64,000 nucleotides of DNA from NCBI GenBank assembly GCA_037447605.1, contig CM074806.1:248001-312000 (forward strand). Reading direction: 5' to 3'. Of this stretch, positions 47,854-61,003 are shown piece after piece. Below the pieces are notes generated by a model. It worked only from the letters and a program-made list of their open reading frames with translations. It was not told where the DNA came from and searched no databases. How positions within the stretch are numbered: the first letter of the stretch is position 1; each line of letters begins with the position of its first letter. This DNA comes from Zygnema circumcarinatum SAG 698-1b. Lineage: Eukaryota; Plantae; Zygnematophyceae. The position numbers and the translations under genes are program-made.

Positions 47854-50075
47854 ATGGCGGCCTCCCTCTCTCTCTCCCTCTCACTCTCCTCTCCCACCCT
47901 GTCGTACACTCTGCCCACCTCCTCCCGCAGAAGCCATGGCTCCTTTCCCGCTCCCTCTTCCTCCCTCTCCCTCTCCCTCTCGTCAAGGAAGGCAATCGGC
48001 TTCTCCTCTTCCTCCCTCCTCTCCTCCTCTCTCCTCTCTCCTCCTCCCGCCTCCATGGTGGCGCCGCAGAATCGAGCGGGAGTAGCGGTCGCACACAAGG
48101 GCTATAAGCTAAAGACGCACAAGGTGAGAATTCAGGATTTCAGGGCGTAGGGTTCGGGGTTTTTAGGGTTCAGGATCTCGAAGTTCAGAACCTAGGGTTA
48201 GGTTCTGGCTCGTAGGAATAACGGATTAGGGTTTGGCATTTTGATGGAAATCGAGAATGTAAGCTTCGGAATGAAGAGGAGGAAGTATGTGAGAGGAGGG
48301 AGAGGAAATGGAGGGATAGAGTGGGGACGCAGAGCGGAAAGCGAGAGAGAGAGAGAGAGTTTAAGGTTTAGGGTTCAGAAAGAGTGCATTTAATTGGAGG
48401 TTTGTAGGTTTTAAATGCTCATGGCATACAGAATTGTACACATGTTTTTCCCATTTCTTCCCTCAGCACGCGGGAATTGGGTGGCTGTATTTCGGGATTG
48501 CTTGTATTTTGGATTCGGGGAGGGGGTAGAGGCCCCTCCTTCCCGCACCAATACACTGCCTCCGGCGCCTCTGCATTGCATTTCGAACGTGTGTAGTTTA
48601 CTTTTTCGTCGTATTGCAACTGTCAATATTTTAGGGTTAGGTCATTTTTTATGTCTGCTACTTCAATGCTGGAACCGAACGCCGTCATGAAGCCTAGCCC
48701 ATTTCGTGAAAGAAAGTAAAAAGTTTTTGTAGCAGTTCATCCTAACATCGTCTTCTTCTTGCGCAGCGCTTTCAGGATTCGTCCTGAACATTTAGTCATA
48801 TTCGAAGACCGCTTACGATGTCATCGTCTCTTGTATGTGCAGGCTTCATCGAAGCGGTACAAAGTGACTGGAAGCGGAATGGTAGTGCGCAGACATGCAT
48901 GGAGGGCCCACTTGCTGCGGAAAAAGAGCGTTAAACGAAAGAATCGTCTCGCGGGAATGGTGGGTCGCATTGAACCTCTGCACCCTCTTTTTTACATTGC
49001 AATGTGGAAAAAGACGCCATCACCTTCCTTCTCCTTCCGCTGCACTCTCTGGCACTTTCCCTCTCGTTCTTCTCTCCTCTCTTGCTCTCTCTCTCTCACG
49101 CTCGTTCGCTCTCACTCTCTCCCTCGCAGCCACTTCCACCATACTATGTCCCTGGCTTCCACTTTCAGCCCTCCCACGCTCCGTCCCTCCCTATTTTCCT
49201 GAGTCTCACCCTATCCATACTTCAGTCAGTTTTTCTGTCCGTTCCATTCTCCATAGCCTCCCCTCCCCCTCCCCCTCCCCTCCCCTCCCCCTCCCCTCCC
49301 CCTCCCCTCCCCCTCCCCTCCCCCTCCCCCTCCCCTCCCCTCCCCCTCCCCCTCCCCTCCCCCTCCCCCCTCCCCCTCCCCCTCCCCTCCCCTCCCCCTC
49401 CCACTCCCCCTCCCCCTCCCCCTCCCCCTCCCCCTCCCCCTCCCCTCCCCTCCCCTCCCCCTCCCCCTCCCCCTCCCCCTCCCCTCCCCCTCCCCCTCCC
49501 CTCCCCTCCCCCTCCCCCTCCCCTCCCCTCCCCCTCCCCCTCCCCCTCCCCCTCCCCTCCCTCCCCTCCCCCTCCCCCTCCCCCTCCCCTCCCCCACTTC
49601 CCCTTCCCCTCCCCACCTGTCCCCCTTCCCCCCCTTCCCCCCACTCCCCCTTTCCCCCCTCCCCCTCCCCCTTCCCCTTCCCCCTTCCCTCTCCGCCCCT
49701 TCCCCCACTCCCCCCTCCTCCCTCCCCCTCCTCCCTCCCCCATTCCCTTCCCCTCATCCCCCATCTTGTCATAATGCTCAATCTCTGAAACCTCTTCCCG
49801 ACCAAGATTAAGGAAATACCACTAAATCCTATCAGTTCACTCCGTTTCGTTGATTCCTATTTTCCTCCTCTGCTCACTTTCTCTCACACCTCATCCCTTT
49901 CCCCTTTTTTGTCCCTTGCGATTCCATGATGCAGGCTGCTGTGTTCCGTGGAGATTTGGACAAGGTGGTGGGCGCTTTGCCCTACTTGAAGGTGAACCGG
50001 CGCCGCCTGGCAAACCCTGAGCTCATAGAGGACGAGGATGAGGACGAGGACGAGGAGGAGGAGACCGAGGACTAA
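47854..50075 (+). CDS. RPL35: Plastid ribosomal protein L35 (bL35c)
   Basis: Ser-rich transit peptide, then GYKLKTHK|ASSKRYKVTGSGMVVRRHAWRAHLLRKKSVKRKNRLAGM|AAVFRGDLDKVVGALPYLKVNR followed by an acidic tail. Confidence 0.92.
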
Positions 50076-50811
50076 ATGCCACGCTGCAATTATTTTCCTT
50101 CTTTATTTCTTTTTACTTTTTGCTCTCTGAAAGAGTAGGGCACCATAGCAGCAGGCAGGCATAGAAGAAGTTTGGTAACGGCCCGAGTTGTGTGGCGGGA
50201 AGGCCCATTCAGGAAACTTGGTGTAAAGGCTTTGTTTACTGTACTCTGGTTGGTGGAAACGGCAGAATTGCGGGCCTTAGGCGTAGGGGGGGTCTCTCTC
50301 TCCCTCTCGCTCTCCCTCTCCCAACAACAACACCACCAACTATACCCATACCATACTCTAATCAAAAGCACAAGGATGAAGGATCCCCCTCCCTATCAAC
50401 TTCCCTCTCCCCTTCCCTCTCCCCTTCCCTCACTCTCTTCTCCCCTCTCACTTGCCCTTACCAGCCCACCTCCCCCTTCCCCTCCGCCTCTGCCTCCCCC
50501 TCCCCTTACCATTCCCTCACGCCATCCCCTCCCCCCCCCCCCCCTCAATTCACCTGAGACCTCCGCCTGAACATTAAGAGTTCCTAGACCTTACCACCAC
50601 TTCACGATTCACTAGAAAACAAACAAGTGCCGAATTTTCTTCCGAACACGAGCCCGACATCCACAAGCGATAGCACACTGACTGTCAAAAATAAATTGAA
50701 TAAATCATTCAAAAAAAAATAAGAAAGTCGCCCTCTATCCTGGATGAAACCTTGACCTTAAACTTTAATTTCTCTTTAATTTTAATTTTACAAGCTAAAT
50801 TGACTCAATTT

Positions 50812-52932
50812 TCACTTTTGCCCTTCTGAAATGCCCTCCCTCCCTCCTCCGTGAAGAGAAGAATTGGACGATAGAGGTATCGTCACCTTTAGGTTCGACC
50901 TCACACTCCAATGGGGGAAGGGACCCGATCTAGATCCTTCTAAGTGCAAATGCCAAACCAAGACTTTGGAGCAGTCGTCCGCCAAAGCTTCCATGCTGCC
51001 CTCATCCGGCACAAGCTGCTCTATGAAGGTGGTCTCCTGTTACTCCCATCCCCTCCCAAAAGATATAAGAAAGTGGAACCATTTTTCCTCCTTACCATCC
51101 TTTCGCCCACCACTCTATTACTTTAGCGAGGGGCTGCCCGGAGATAATGTAAACAAGGGAAACGCGAGAGGGAGGGGGAGAGAGAGAGAAAGCGAGCCTG
51201 CCCCGTCACATTGGAAACTGGTAAGAGGGAGGGAGAGAAAGTGAAGTGAATTGGCGAGAGAGGGGGAGAGAAGGGTTGCCCCGAGAATATGGAACAAGTG
51301 GAACGAGAGAGTGAGGAGGGAGAGAGAGAGAGAGAGAGGCTGCCCCGACAAAATGGGGACGGGTGGGAGGGGAAGAGAGTGAAGAGAACTGGGGAGAGAG
51401 AGGGAAAAGGGCTGCCCCGAGGGAAAAAGAGAAGTGGACGACTTCTTGATCCCTCCTATTCCGCCCTTCACATAGCATAATGGAAGCTGCCAAAATACAA
51501 CAAGAATTAAAAAGCGTTGGAAGACTGAGCCTGACCTGAAACCCTTCCTTGACTGTGTCGAGTTGACGAATGGGCGTCTCTGTAGGACGTTGCCATCGGG
51601 CAGGGTCCCATAGAATGGTGCTGTTGAACGCAAAGCCGCTCATGTCCACATGGAACCTCCTCAATACTTTACTCTTTTCATTTGTATGCCATCCGATCAC
51701 CTTCCCGCCCTTGCAGACAGGGCCTTCCAGGACCGCCCTCGCCTTCCCCTGCTGAAGCATAGCAACAGGCCACGTTCCAAATCGCCTGCATGCAAGCAGT
51801 GAGACACATGAAAATAATCAATTAACTCGGGATCGTTCTGAGGAATGCGAGAAGTCTAAATCTATGCAGAAGCCCGAATGCTCCCTTCCCAGAAGTTTCT
51901 TTAAGTATGTTAGGTGTCCAAGGTTGTGAAAAACAAAAGGTCCCCTATGATCTGGAAACTGGCAAGCAATTCCTGAGAACTCGAACATGTACAAGGAGTG
52001 ATTTTACGGTTTTCTTGTACCAAAAAAAGTCGCAGGATGCAGGAAAAATAGCCTTACTTGACCTTCCGAATCTCGTCGAAAAGCTCACGGCTGTACACAT
52101 TATCGTCATCTGCAAAGTAGATGATTCCATCCAAGCGGTGCTCCTCAATGTGCTCCATTGCAGCGTTCCTTTGATGTACTCCTCGGTCCTTCACATCCGT
52201 CATGTTCTTCTTCGCCACAAGATGCCGATACATGATGCCGGAGTCACGCAAAATGCAGGCAGTTTCAGAGCTCTGCTTGGTGAGTTCAACCACCAGCCAC
52301 AAAATAGGGCTCGGAATTTGCTTTAAAGCGTTTCCGACCCTTGTGAGGTACATCGCTTGGAAGGGACGGACGTAGGTGGGAGTGACGATGATGAGAAGGG
52401 GAGGAGGAGGAAGGAGGGAGCGTTGCAAGACAGCCATGGATGCAGGAAGGGCCCTTCCTTTGGTTGAGGAGGAAGAGGAAGAGGAAGAGGACGAAGGAGA
52501 AAGAGAGGAGAGGTCCACTGTTTGATTCAGGTTCAACATTTTATTTTGGATGCTTCCTACTAGTGGGTCCAGATCAACATTCAGCGCCTTAGCAGCGCTG
52601 TTTCCAACCACTGCAGGTCTCTCTGTCTCCCGAATTCTTTCAGAAGAGTGAAAAAAGCCTGCAGAGATTCCGATTGCAAAGCAGAGAAAGAAGGAGAAGG
52701 GCTGCTTCCTGCCGCCACTCGGTCGAGCTCGAATGGACGACATGGACCCCAATGGCGATACTTTGTTGCATTCATCATCTTTCCCTTCAAAAATGCCTCC
52801 TCCATTGCACTCTTCCGCATCATTTTCTCCCTCAAATCCATGGCTTCCGCTCAATACAAAGGGCTCCCTGTCAAGGACTCCGTCTTGAAGAAGGCCCGCC
52901 GGACCGGGCATCATTCGCCGACCTCCTCTCAT
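50812..52932 (-). CDS. IRX9L: GT43 xylan-synthesis protein, IRX9/IRX9L-like
   Basis: [25 protein letters not shown]; LWLVVE; [37 protein letters not shown]; [37 protein letters not shown]; [19 protein letters not shown]. An in-frame upstream ATG at 53046 is an alternative start. Confidence 0.93.
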
Positions 52933-53758
52933 TGCTCCAGCTGCATGCAGACACTCCTCGCTGCAGAAATTATCTGAAAAGTATATCAATGGTATGGGAT
53001 TGTGTGCAAGAATTAGGGTTTGGAGGGGCTTCCTGGAGGCCACCATGGAGGGGAAGCTTTTTCTGCGTTGACAGCACAGGGGGGGGGGGCGGGGGGGGGG
53101 GGGGCGGGCGTTCCTTGCAGGTCAAAAATTTCGGCCACGTTCAAATTTGGTTATTTATAGCGTTTCCATGGTTCAATCATCCCGATTCAGTTAGCGAATG
53201 AAAGAACGCGGAACCTTCCGAAAGCCAGTTCGAACTTCGAAACGGTTCTCTTCGTGACGTTTCCAAAATTTGATGTATGGGAGCATCGCCCAATGGCGAC
53301 ATGTCACGTGGTGATAAATGTACACGTGACAGGGTGCCATTGGAGAGGATTCTGCTAAAAACACCACACAACATGAAGAGGCAGGAACTCCCCAAGGGCA
53401 CAGCGTCGGGGATTCGACCAATCTCTTTCCGGCACGTGGACTATTTGTGTCAAGGAGACCTGTGATTGGACGATGAGTACTAACTCCACCGCTGGGCAGC
53501 CCTTGGGCTGTGCAGGGCTCCTAGGAGAGGGAGTGAGAGAGGAAACAGGAGGGAGTGGGAACAAAGAGGAAAGAGACAGGGCGAGGGAAGGAGAGAGAGA
53601 GAGGGAGAGTGGGAGAGTGGGAGAGGGAGAGGGGGAGAGTGGGAGAGGGGGAGTGGGAGGGGGGAGAGAAGGAGTGAGGGAGAGAGAGAGAGAGGGACTG
53701 GGAGAGAGGGAGAGAGGGACAAGAAGAGAAAGTAGAAGTTCAAGTCAAAGCCGGCATC

Positions 53759-55462
53759 ATGAGTATCATGAAGTTCTGTCCCGAATGGTACACTCGTCTC
53801 TCTTCCGACCTCTAACTCTCTTTTTAATCTTAACTTTTGGCCCTCCGTAAGTTGCACCCATAGCCCTCATTCTAGTCCCTAACGCTAAACTTAAAGCCCT
53901 AACTCCATTTTGAGTTAGCCCCAAACAAGAGCTCACCCCACCTCAGAGTCAACCCTAATTTTTCGGCCAACCCTAGCCCTAATTTCTGACACAGCTCTGA
54001 ATCCTAATCTCATCCCAATCTTCGAGAGACTTTTATCTTAATTCCAACCCTAAGAAAATCCTCACCTGAATCCTAACCCTAGAACGAGGATTTTTACCTC
54101 TTTTATTCCGTCTGCTCCCACTCTCTCTCCCGCCCTCTCTCCCTCCCTCCCACCCTCTCGCTCCCTCCTCCCCTTCTATTGTCCAACCCTCGCTGCATCC
54201 ACCCTCTCTCATTCTGGATTTATCCTATTTCCGCTCAAATCCTCGCCTTAGTTCCTCAAAATCATTACGTCTCCATGTCCAGCAGCTGCCTACCTTGCAA
54301 AATGAGCATTTATTCAACATTATCTAAACATTCCAAATCACAATTAATAGAATTAATTAACCTATAAGTAGCAAGCAATCCCAAAAACTGACACACTTGT
54401 TTTGCTTGTTTCCTCGGGGAGCAGCAACAACATTCTTTATCCGAGAGAAGATCGAGTCGCCAAGAGCTTACTTTACGCCTGCCGGAACTGTGAACACTCG
54501 GTACGTCCTCTCTTCCATCGCCCTCCCACATTTCCTCCCTCCACTATTTCATTATCTCATAATTTCATTACCTCATCATCTCATTTTCTCCTTACTTCCT
54601 TATGTCATTATCTCATTATCTTATTATCTCCTTATCTCGTTATCTCATCATCTCTGTTTCTTACTTTCTCATTATCTAATCATCTCAATATCTCGTTATC
54701 GCATTACCCCATTATCTCCAACCAGCTGTGGGTGAGGGTTGATTTGCAGGAGCCGGCGGTCACTTTTTGTGTTTATAGAAACGAAGTACATCACACAGCC
54801 GATGAAAGGACGCAAATTCTTCAAGATGTGACAGCAGACCCAACGCTGCCTCGCACAAAGTCCGTTCGATGTGCAAAATGTAGTCACCCGGAAGCTGTCT
54901 TTTTCCAGGTAAACATCTTCTGTTACCAGCATGGAAAACTAATGGGGAACATCCGTGCAGTTAGGAATTTCTCGCAATGCCTGAAATGCCCGTCACTCGC
55001 TCTCGTTAAAGCTGTTTGTTTGCTTCTAGCGAAAGTGGACGATGAATATTGTTGTCCTGTTTCGAGGGAGTGATCGTGAGGGTGTGGGAATCATGAAGTT
55101 TCTTCATGAAGAGTTGCTTGGCGGCTTAGGGTTCATGTGGACAACATAGAGGAGTGCAGGAGAGAGGTCTTGAAGCTGTTGTCTTGTGAAGCCAAAATGC
55201 TTCAGGGATAGAGTGAGAGAGCACGTGCATGTGAAGGTGGGGAGGGGAAAATGGAGAGGGAGACAGAGAGAGCGAGCGGGCAGGAAGGGGGGGATGGATT
55301 TTGAGAGAGAACAAAAGAGAGGGATGAGTGTGGGAGGAGGGGCTGAACTGTCACTAACTTGGAAGCCGTGTGCGCATGCAGGCCACAAGTAGGAGCGAGG
55401 AAGGGATGACTTTGTTTTTCGTTTGCTGCAATCCAAACTGCGGCTACCGCTGGCGGGATTAA
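53759..55462 (+). CDS. NRPB9: RNA polymerase II (IV/V) subunit 9
   Basis: MSIMKFCPEC|NNILYPRED..LLYACRNCEH|..CVYRNEVHH..DVTADPTLPRTKSVRCAKCSHPEAVFFQ|ATSRSEEGMTLFFVCCNPNCGYRWRD*. Confidence 0.96.
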
Positions 55463-56335
55463 TGGAATTAATGCAAAAAAAAAAAAAAGCCAGAATTCGT
55501 TTCTCCTCAAGAGCAGCTTGTTGCCCTCTTAGCATGAAGGCAGGCCTAATCTCTCCTGTGGATATGACTGTCTGTCTGTCTGTCTGTTTGTGTCTGTGTC
55601 TGTTAGATTTTGGTATGCCTGTCTGATGTCTGTGTTAGTTTGATGCCTGATGTCTGTCTGCGTTTGTGTCTGTATGTGTCTAGACTTAGTGCAATTTCCC
55701 TTTAAAACGGTTCTTTGTTATGAAGGAGAGCTTAGCTATCAGCCGTCAGCTAGTCGTCAACCACGAGAGGCAGAGCTGCCAACTTTCGCCAATTTTGTCT
55801 GCCTCTCATTTGAAGCTTCCAGATGTGCATGTAAGAAATATAGAGTTTAGTACAGCTTGTCTTAGTTTTAGATAACTTAGGGGTCAACAAAACATAGGCA
55901 TTCACCAACCATTGTATCTCATTCAACCGCATCAACGGTCGCTCTGTCTTGCATATTCCACGTTGCAACATCTGCATTACATGTTCCACCTTGTACCTTC
56001 CATTTTTATTGGTTCATGTTCAGTGTTGAATTACCCGTATCACAAGTTTATGTTCCATTTTTTGTTGGTTGTTTCATGTTGCATCTTCAAGCCCACACCA
56101 AACTCTCCACACATAGAGCCCTCTAGAGCCGCATGGCAGTCTTCCATTCAGTGCAAAACTTTGACAGAACAGGATTCAGGTGGCCTACCGGCACCGTTCT
56201 CCAGAGGACCTTTTTCCGGGCAGACTCTACGAGCGCCTACATAGGCCCTACGAGCACCACTTAGCCCTTACTTTACCCACAGCATGCACCCGCCCTACCG
56301 TGATCCTCTAAGAGGTCTTATTTTCTTTTTTGGCC

Positions 56336-59300
56336 CTACATCCGCTCTTCCCTCTTGCGCGGTGCACATGTGATGATTTCGTCCACTCTGAGGATCATCT
56401 CCGCCGCTTCCGTTGCAGACAAGAGAACCGCCTGCTTCACCTTGAATGACTCGTAGATCCCCATCTGCTCCATGTCTCCAACCTGCAACGTCAAGAACGG
56501 GAGGCACAGAGGTTGAGAGGGCGAGAGGGAGGGAGGCGGAGAGGAGAAGAGGGGAAGAGGGGAAGAGGGGAAGAGGGGAAGTGGAGGAGCGGGAGGGAGG
56601 GGGAGAGAGGGAGAGCAGGAGGTGGGGAGGTGGGGAGGCGAGAGATGGGGGAGGGGGGAAGTGGGGGAGTGGGCGAGTGACAGTGGGAGTGGGGGTGGGG
56701 GTGGGAGTGGCAGAGCGGGAGGGGAAGAGGGAGGGACTGAGAGAGGGGGAGAGAGCGAGAGAGTGCGAGGGGGGAAGAGAGGGGGGGGGGAAACTTTCTC
56801 ATCTCGACTGTCCAAATCATTTCTAGAACCGTGCAAAAAAGGCTTTGAAAATAGGCTGAGAAGGAGATGGACAAGGGAAGGGGGGGGGGGGGGCGGGGGG
56901 GAGGGGAAGAGGGGAGAGTATGTGAAAAAGCATCATCCCATGCATGTCCCTCACTCCGGCTCGCTGCTCCTCTCTCGTCCATATCCCTCCCTCATCCTTG
57001 CCTTGAATGTCCTCACCCTCTTCGTGTACTCTTGTATCCTCTCTCACGCCGTTCCATCCCCTCTCCCTTGTTCTCTACCCTATCCCCTTCCACTTTTCTC
57101 ACACTCTCACCACTCTCTCCCATTTCCACCTCTAACTTCGTACTCTTCGCTCATCCCCACACTCCCATTCCCACCTCTAACTTCGTACTCTTCTCTCATC
57201 CTCTCTCTCCCCCCTCTCGCTCCCCTACCCTCTTTCCCCCTCTCTCCCCCCTGCCCTCTTTCCCCCTCTCTCCCTCCCTTACCGATCCACTGATCACGTC
57301 CACTCCCGCTCTGCTCCCTTCCTCCGAGTGCTCCGCCCTCAGTCGAGACACGAGATCGGCACTGTCCAATCCTGCATTGTCTGCAATGATGGTGGGAATC
57401 GCTCTTAGAGCTAAGGCAAAGGCTTCCATAGCCAATGATTTCTTGCCAGCTGTCTTCCTTGCGAGGTCATCCACATGCTTCGCCATCATCACTTCCGGCC
57501 ATCCTCCTCCCCAAACCACTCGACTGTCTTGTACGGTTTGAGAGAGCACACATAGAGCATCGTGCAATGAGCGCTCTGCTTCATCCAACACATGCGAACT
57601 GCACATATAACGGCAAAACCACCCAAAGTATAAGGAAACAAGGAAAGAAAAAATGGAGGTCTGGCAAAGGAATGAGGGTCGCTTCCCCGAAGGAAGGAAA
57701 TGGCTGCCCTTGAGAGAAGAAATTACAGCTGCTCTCAGTCCACATAGGTTTAATCAGGGGGGTGAACAGTTTTGAGTGCTACAGTTTGTGTTCAGGATGG
57801 CAATGACCTGTAAGTGAAGGTCAACTAGCTAGTTGTATAAATTGACCTTTAAATAGGATGAGACCCTTGAAAACTTGAAGGTCCTTAAAGTTTGTAGGTT
57901 ACTTATGGAGTTTAACACTGTAGAATTTCCTGTCATTGTTTAGGAAGTGTTCATACCTTGCTCCGCGCAGCACAACTGTGCAAGCCTCTCCCATAGCCAC
58001 TCCTGAAAAGTGAATCAATCGATCCTCTCCAATCATGATCTCTTCAATCACTTTACACTCTCCAAGTTTAACTCCTGCAGGATCGTCGAAAGTGGATGTG
58101 ATCTCGCCACCTGTCACTAAAGCTAGCCGTTCGATTCCATCAAAATCGGCATGCTCGATTGCCATAATTCCCGCATCCGAAAAGAGCTCTTCAGGGAAAT
58201 TATAAATGAGCTGCCGATTCACAAAGCAGTTTATTCCATGGTCAATAATCTTCTTCACTTTTTTCCGCATCTTGTCCTTCTCTGCAGCTTCGATTTCCGC
58301 GACTTTTGACATAGCATCCACTCTCACTCTCGCCCCATAAATCTTTATCTTGTCGGTATCCATGGCTGTGTTAGCCACCAAAATTTTTGCATTTTCGATA
58401 CGTTTCGGCTGCCCGACACCAATCCTCTTATCGAGAATGAAGCTGCACATAAATACGTCTATCGAGTTTAGCTTCAGAAAAGGTAACGAAGTGGTATTAT
58501 AGTAAAGGTTGTGTTTGCAGCTTTTACTGATTTAGGATTTTGAAAACTGAAATATCTGACAAACAATCGAATGTAGCAGTTGTTAGGGAATGAACTTGAT
58601 TTGTAGGGAACACACCCTTCATCCAAATACGAGTCTCGAAGTGAGCCTCCAGCCTTCTTGATGATCTGTATAGCTTCGAGGTTTGTGCTACCCTGGAAAG
58701 ATTCACCAAAAGGAAATCAGCTAAACAGGAAACGAAAGGTTTAATCACTGCCTTAAGGAGAACAGGGATTGAAAAGTGAACTCTAAATACAACAATCAAC
58801 TACTTTTGCACATAAGAAGCCCCTCACGATTAGGCACACACATTTCAAATGTTCAGGATTAACTATCTTGTGAAAAGCTTTCAAACAAACTTGGGTATGC
58901 GTTTGTTTACAAAGTGAGAGAGAGAGAGAGAGGGGGGGGAAGGAGTAGGGGGGGCGAGAGTGCGAGAAAGGGAGAGGCAGAAAGTGGGAGAGAGAGTGAG
59001 AGACAGAGGAGGGGGGGAGGGGAAGGAGCTTTGCCTTCAGACGTAAGACGGCATCGACTGCCAATTCTGCAAAGTGCTCCTTATCCTGAGACAGGATCTT
59101 GGAACATAGCGTAGTTTTAGCAATTCGAATAAGATCTTCTCTAAATTTAGCTGCAAACGTAAATAAACATCAGAAAATGGGTGTCAAATCTTCATAGAAA
59201 ACAGCACATCACAAGCATACGAAAATTTACAGCAATTCAGCTTCAAAATTACCTCAAGCACCCTGCAAGGCTCTTAAAGCGATGACTTTCATTACTAAGG

Positions 59301-61003
59301 AAAAGGCTTGCATGAAAAGAAGCTGAAACAAAAAGGAATGAAAAATCATCTTTTGGAGATAAATTGCAAGACCAATAGATTGGCTCACCAGCATCCGCTT
59401 TATTGTCCCGAGTCCTCGCCTCTAAATTACCGCGCGCGCATTCCAAAGCCAGCCGGTAGCCTGCATAAAAAACCTGAAACTTCAAGTATCCAAAAACATA
59501 GACGTGGCTTTGAAGCTTTCAGAGTTTCAAATGCACAATTTAAGAACGATTGAAAGAGCTGATGCTGGATCAATTCCAGCAACGATACATATCATAGATG
59601 TTGTTCATATCAGTACCTGCAATGATAGTCATAGGATGAACCTTGGCATCCGTCAACTTCTCAGCTTGCCGAAGCAGCTCTCCCGCAAGCACTACCACAG
59701 AGGTGGTGCCATCGCCAACCTCGTCATCTTGCGTTTTTGAGATATCTGCAATTGAATTACACACCGGAAAGCATTGAGTCGGCATAAGAAAGCGTACGTC
59801 CTGACTTTCCATTCTTCCCCTTGTTTCTGAACTTCTCGCTGCGACAAGATTCTGTCACTTGATGTGATTCCAGTGCCTGGAATGACCAAGAAATGGAAGC
59901 TAGAAGCAGAAGCTTATGTCCCTTCACTCCTTTGATCCAATTAAAAATTGATTTACGCAATGTAAGGATAAATAGCACATAATAAAAAAGAAGAGATTTG
60001 TACCAATAAGCACTTTTGCTGCAGGATTGTCAACATGAAGCGACTTCAGAATTGTCGCTCCGTCGTTGGTGACCATGACACTTTGACCGCGTCCCGTTGA
60101 CTGCAAAATCTTATCCTAAAGGGAAACAAAACAAAAAAAATACATAGTATTCAGGAAGTAATACTTAATCAGGTCCTTATGAAGGTAGTAATATCAAATA
60201 GTTCATCTGGTGATTATGGAAACTGTCTCCGCCTCCTACTCCCTCTTTACTGTGCCAAGCAGTCTTCAAGACCTGCAACTTTCGCACCTCTTGTTCTTCA
60301 ATACGATTCAACAGTTTAGCTACGGTTATGTTACAGTTCGGTTACGATTTCAGTTGAATTTCGGTTACAACTCAGCTACAGCTCAGTAACATTTCAGTTC
60401 AGAAAATACAGATCACGGAGGGACTGACCATTCCCTTTGGTCCCAATGTTGTCTTCACGAGATCAGCAATGGCCATTGCTCCGATGAAAGACGCCTGCGA
60501 TAAATATGAAAAAAAGGATGTATGCATGAAGGGCCGCTATACAGGATTGCATTTTTTTCCCTTTCTTACGCTTTTCTTTTTGGAGGGGTGAGTCAACCTT
60601 CCTGTAGGGGACGGCTTTTCCTTATCAGTCTCTTGCTCTCTCAATCAACGGACGATCCTTCAGCGAACAAAACTTATAATGTAGCTTATAAACTTATAAG
60701 CTTTTGGAGAATTTGAAGAAAAGTTAAGCAGCTGTGCCCCAATTTGGCGGCAATTCTGAAGGTGAGGAGCTTCAATACTTACCATTCTTGCCCGTTCTCC
60801 CTTCTCTTCCGTCGCTTCCGCATGGAAAATCCCATCGCCCTGCCAATCCAGTCCTGCCATGCAGTCAGCAGCTCGTTGCCTACAGCTAGAAATAGAACAT
60901 ACTTAGACGAAAATATTTACAAAAAAACCTCACACGTGTACCAAATACTCCATTCCAGCCATCAGCAATATCCTGGACGATAACTTACACCCATCTGCGC
61001 CAT
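56336..61003 (-). CDS. CCT2: Chaperonin CCT/TRiC beta subunit
   Basis: EEKGERARM|[22 protein letters not shown]; [22 protein letters not shown]; [21 protein letters not shown]; [16 protein letters not shown]; [15 protein letters not shown]; [38 protein letters not shown]. Confidence 0.97.

Noticed and set aside
22175-52932. Cell-wall glycosyltransferase gene cluster (GT92, GT8, GT43)
   Set aside because: The genes are spread over 30 kb among unrelated housekeeping genes, and the GT8 lacks the membrane anchor of GUX enzymes. Chance co-location is sufficient.
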